A DNA stretch of 62,987 bases, the filler included, from Hausera hauseri (lineage: Eukaryota): the NCBI GenBank assembly GCA_046269625.1. It is 9 parts of 9 records of this genome, joined end to end, with 100 filler letters (N's around TTAATTAATTAA, not from the genome) between each part and the next. Parts side by side here need not be neighbours in the genome. Positions count along the whole stretch, not along the records: positions 54,794 to 62,987 come from JBJURY010737654.1; 8 more parts are not named here. The stretch is one strand, 5' to 3'. A program made the position numbers and the translations under genes. A model generated the notes under the pieces. That model worked only from the letters and a program-made list of their open reading frames with translations, was not told the origin of the DNA and made no database searches. Each line of letters opens with the position of its first letter. The stretch's first letter is position 1. This document shows positions 61,801-62,987 of the stretch, in pieces.

Positions 61801-62681
61801 TAATAAAGTACCGTCAGGCAAACGTATTTGCCAATTACATCAATTTTAACTCAGAACGTCGAGCCTCTTCCACATCACAGTTTGACAAGGATTTTTACAA
61901 ACTCAAGAATAATTCGCTTTATGGAAAGACAGTAGAAAATCTTCTCAAACGACTGAACATTAGATTGTGTAATAATGAAAAGCAATTTCTGACGTATACC
62001 AGCCATTATGGATTTAAACGTAGTATGCACATAGCAGACAGTTTAGTAGCCATTTTACTCAACCGAAATGCAGTATGTTTGGACCGACCCATATACATCG
62101 GTGAAACTGTATTGGATCTGAGTAAGCTGCGCATGTACGAACTACAGTATAAGGAATTGGAATCATACCGACATCATTTCAACTGTGGTATAGATATTAT
62201 TGCTGGTGATACTGATAGTTTTTTCCTCCGCTGCCGTAACGTTGACAAATTTGAATTGCTCAAAAAGATGCAAGAGGACAGACTACTAGACACAAGCAAT
62301 TATCCCCCTGACCATCCCCTGTATTCGAGTAATTTCGCCAATCAAATAGGATTATTTAAGGATGAGGGACATGGTGATGAATTTGATGAAGCTGTGTTCC
62401 TTAATACCAAATGCTACAGTTTGCATCGATCTGGTCATGGTCATATGCGTGCAAAAGGTGTAATCCTCAAACAGACAACAATAAATCATGATGACTACCT
62501 GAAAGTCTATAACGATGGTACGGTGTTCAATGCTGCTCAGACTACGTTTCAATCCGTTAATCATCAGATCCATACGGTAAAACGCATGAAACGTGCACTA
62601 ACAATATTCGAAGACAAACGACACTGGGTGAGTCGTAATATATCTTTAGCTTACGGTCATTGGAGGCTAAATAATAATTAA
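58827..62681 (+). CDS. polB: Protein-primed family B DNA polymerase with N-terminal zinc-finger repeats and an inserted endonuclease VII-like domain
   Basis: YADIE, FHNFRGYDSH, RFMDS, KGIFPY, YLRLDV, IRGG, YIDINNLYG, KLKNNSLYGKT, GDTDS, KCY, AKGV; RDHDHITG..GAAC..CN at 60642-60740. Uninterrupted 1284 aa. Confidence 0.96.
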   Translation: MSNYYSIKFNEHVYFICPTCKTASICKYVDFYTTHKNHLGPFTGCSKKSILHTSLNNCTAYSNNLCTNGPDHTSVAKCHDVMEKYFSYKYNGQVFYICPGCMAVESGLSYKQFYDSHTSHLTAFTDKTKRTIFMDNRPGPSTSAGAVTTTTVTVRRSATNRKRKFRLQSTENNLTIKRDMNGMYVSLQFNVQDVGLNHIEVNNDIRKKLETEINRFEHCKIQFGACVLFEKLEGDLKTWCLSVKASEYNDTFLSTSSEKLNEKIQTYAELGSGWRIKNILELSFILTKYSPVIYLTGHGYIKTPSALYQSKAVVNVQNKDNLCFVYSILSVLHYNDIPHHNNRSSKYSMYLNELKYNVDEMPMQLKNIPKFETENNLSITVFIYNSDVIYDADETVYKNPYVDIIYRTKNPNARSVQLLILEDKHGYHYVGIVNLDRLLNMHDMLGGIYIHCKWCILCLHGFRTQTAFDSHMALCKAHLDKTTLYVMPKKKHLKFTDHSKSVTPGYVIYADIEALLIPTNDDDEDTTRTKHIPIAVGMVIVSLRATYSPQSDYQYFVGNDCLVRFLQYIEQFVLSTVAPFYKTNAQTPMIPLSTVEQLDFDQSITCYLCESHHQGQSLVRDHDHITGKYLGAACKSCNLSRQIRPQLPVVFHNFRGYDSHHIVKHALSKFKHWSLSVVPQSTEKFLALFAHLHGVTIRFMDSYQFLSDSLARLSSCIDSFPLTSTAFPNNTIHKKGIFPYTFATSLDILQNTTSLPPKWAGITDVEYDEAHDAWISAGCQSLLDYMLYYLRLDVYLLADIFQAFRTKALQEDGLEPLCFLSIPGLSWSSALKTLTDPLDLLHDSDMYRFFNLAIRGGMTFVNTHHTKSDAETSLLYIDINNLYGWALSQPLPCSDFSWILGDGLEQICMDLLQLDTVTSKYGYTMEVDLVIPDEYHDKLDQLPLAPELKCPPNSTVKKLLLTHSPKYNYVIHWRLLQCFVNLGAKVVKVHRIIKYRQANVFANYINFNSERRASSTSQFDKDFYKLKNNSLYGKTVENLLKRLNIRLCNNEKQFLTYTSHYGFKRSMHIADSLVAILLNRNAVCLDRPIYIGETVLDLSKLRMYELQYKELESYRHHFNCGIDIIAGDTDSFFLRCRNVDKFELLKKMQEDRLLDTSNYPPDHPLYSSNFANQIGLFKDEGHGDEFDEAVFLNTKCYSLHRSGHGHMRAKGVILKQTTINHDDYLKVYNDGTVFNAAQTTFQSVNHQIHTVKRMKRALTIFEDKRHWVSRNISLAYGHWRLNNN

Positions 62682-62987
62682 TTGCTTTATTACGGCATTT
62701 ATAATTATCAATTATTTTATTGAATTTTCTTTGGCTGACGATGACGAAATCGGATAATGTGTGGAGAATTTCAGTCAGTGCTCAGTACAGTTAATGATTT
62801 GACATTCTGTACATAAACATGTACATTAGTCATTTGACATGATGTTAATAAAATTTGTCATTTATGTGATAATGTCAATAAATTTTACATTTCTCTTTTA
62901 TTTTACTTTTATTTTACCTTGATGAGCTCACGACTGAAAAAAAATTGCAGTTACAACGTGTTTTTGTTTCGACGAACAACGCGTTTC

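Larger units (their letters stand above)
54794..62987 (+). mobile_element. Polinton/Maverick (adintovirus-like) element segment
   Basis: Dense co-oriented intronless ORFs with TATA boxes and AATAAA signals, ending in a protein-primed PolB. No capsid, ATPase, protease, integrase or TIR is visible in the window. Confidence 0.85.

Overview
Eukaryotic (animal-type) sequence, not one continuous locus. Nine unrelated contigs (1-4381, 4482-9716, 9817-13967, 14068-22884, 22985-34526, 34627-39040, 39141-46048, 46149-54693, 54794-62987) are joined by eight identical artificial 100-nt linkers (44 N + TTAATTAATTAA + 44 N), so nothing across a linker is real synteny. Contents: (1) a compact Nup358/RanBP2 gene with a 41-nt intron; (2) two contigs of RTE LINE, Penelope, SINE and microsatellite debris; (3) several degenerate Ty3/Gypsy elements next to intronless host-gene fragments (axonemal dynein AAA1, MSH6 ATPase, SETDB1 Tudor); (4) an apparently intact stretch of a Polinton/Maverick (adintovirus-like) genome with dUTPase, DEDD exonuclease, RING, TRAF/MATH, a tail-anchored protein and a protein-primed PolB. 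The best candidate for an undescribed system is a CsRn1-like (CHCC-Gag) Gypsy lineage seen in two diverged copies. Its ORF1 has an internal ubiquitin-like domain ending R-L/I-R-G-G directly before Gag, a doubled CHCC finger, and a covarying -1 frameshift pseudoknot. Three probably related 3' ends carry a conserved PP1-type KxVxF motif at the integrase C-terminus. Other highlights: an env-like type I membrane protein in frame with a Gypsy integrase, a 72-bp piggyBac-type micro-MITE, a Gypsy 3' ORF with tandem inactive DEDD-like folds, and a putative innate-immune decoy cluster in the virus. All domain calls are from visual motif recognition; no searches were run.
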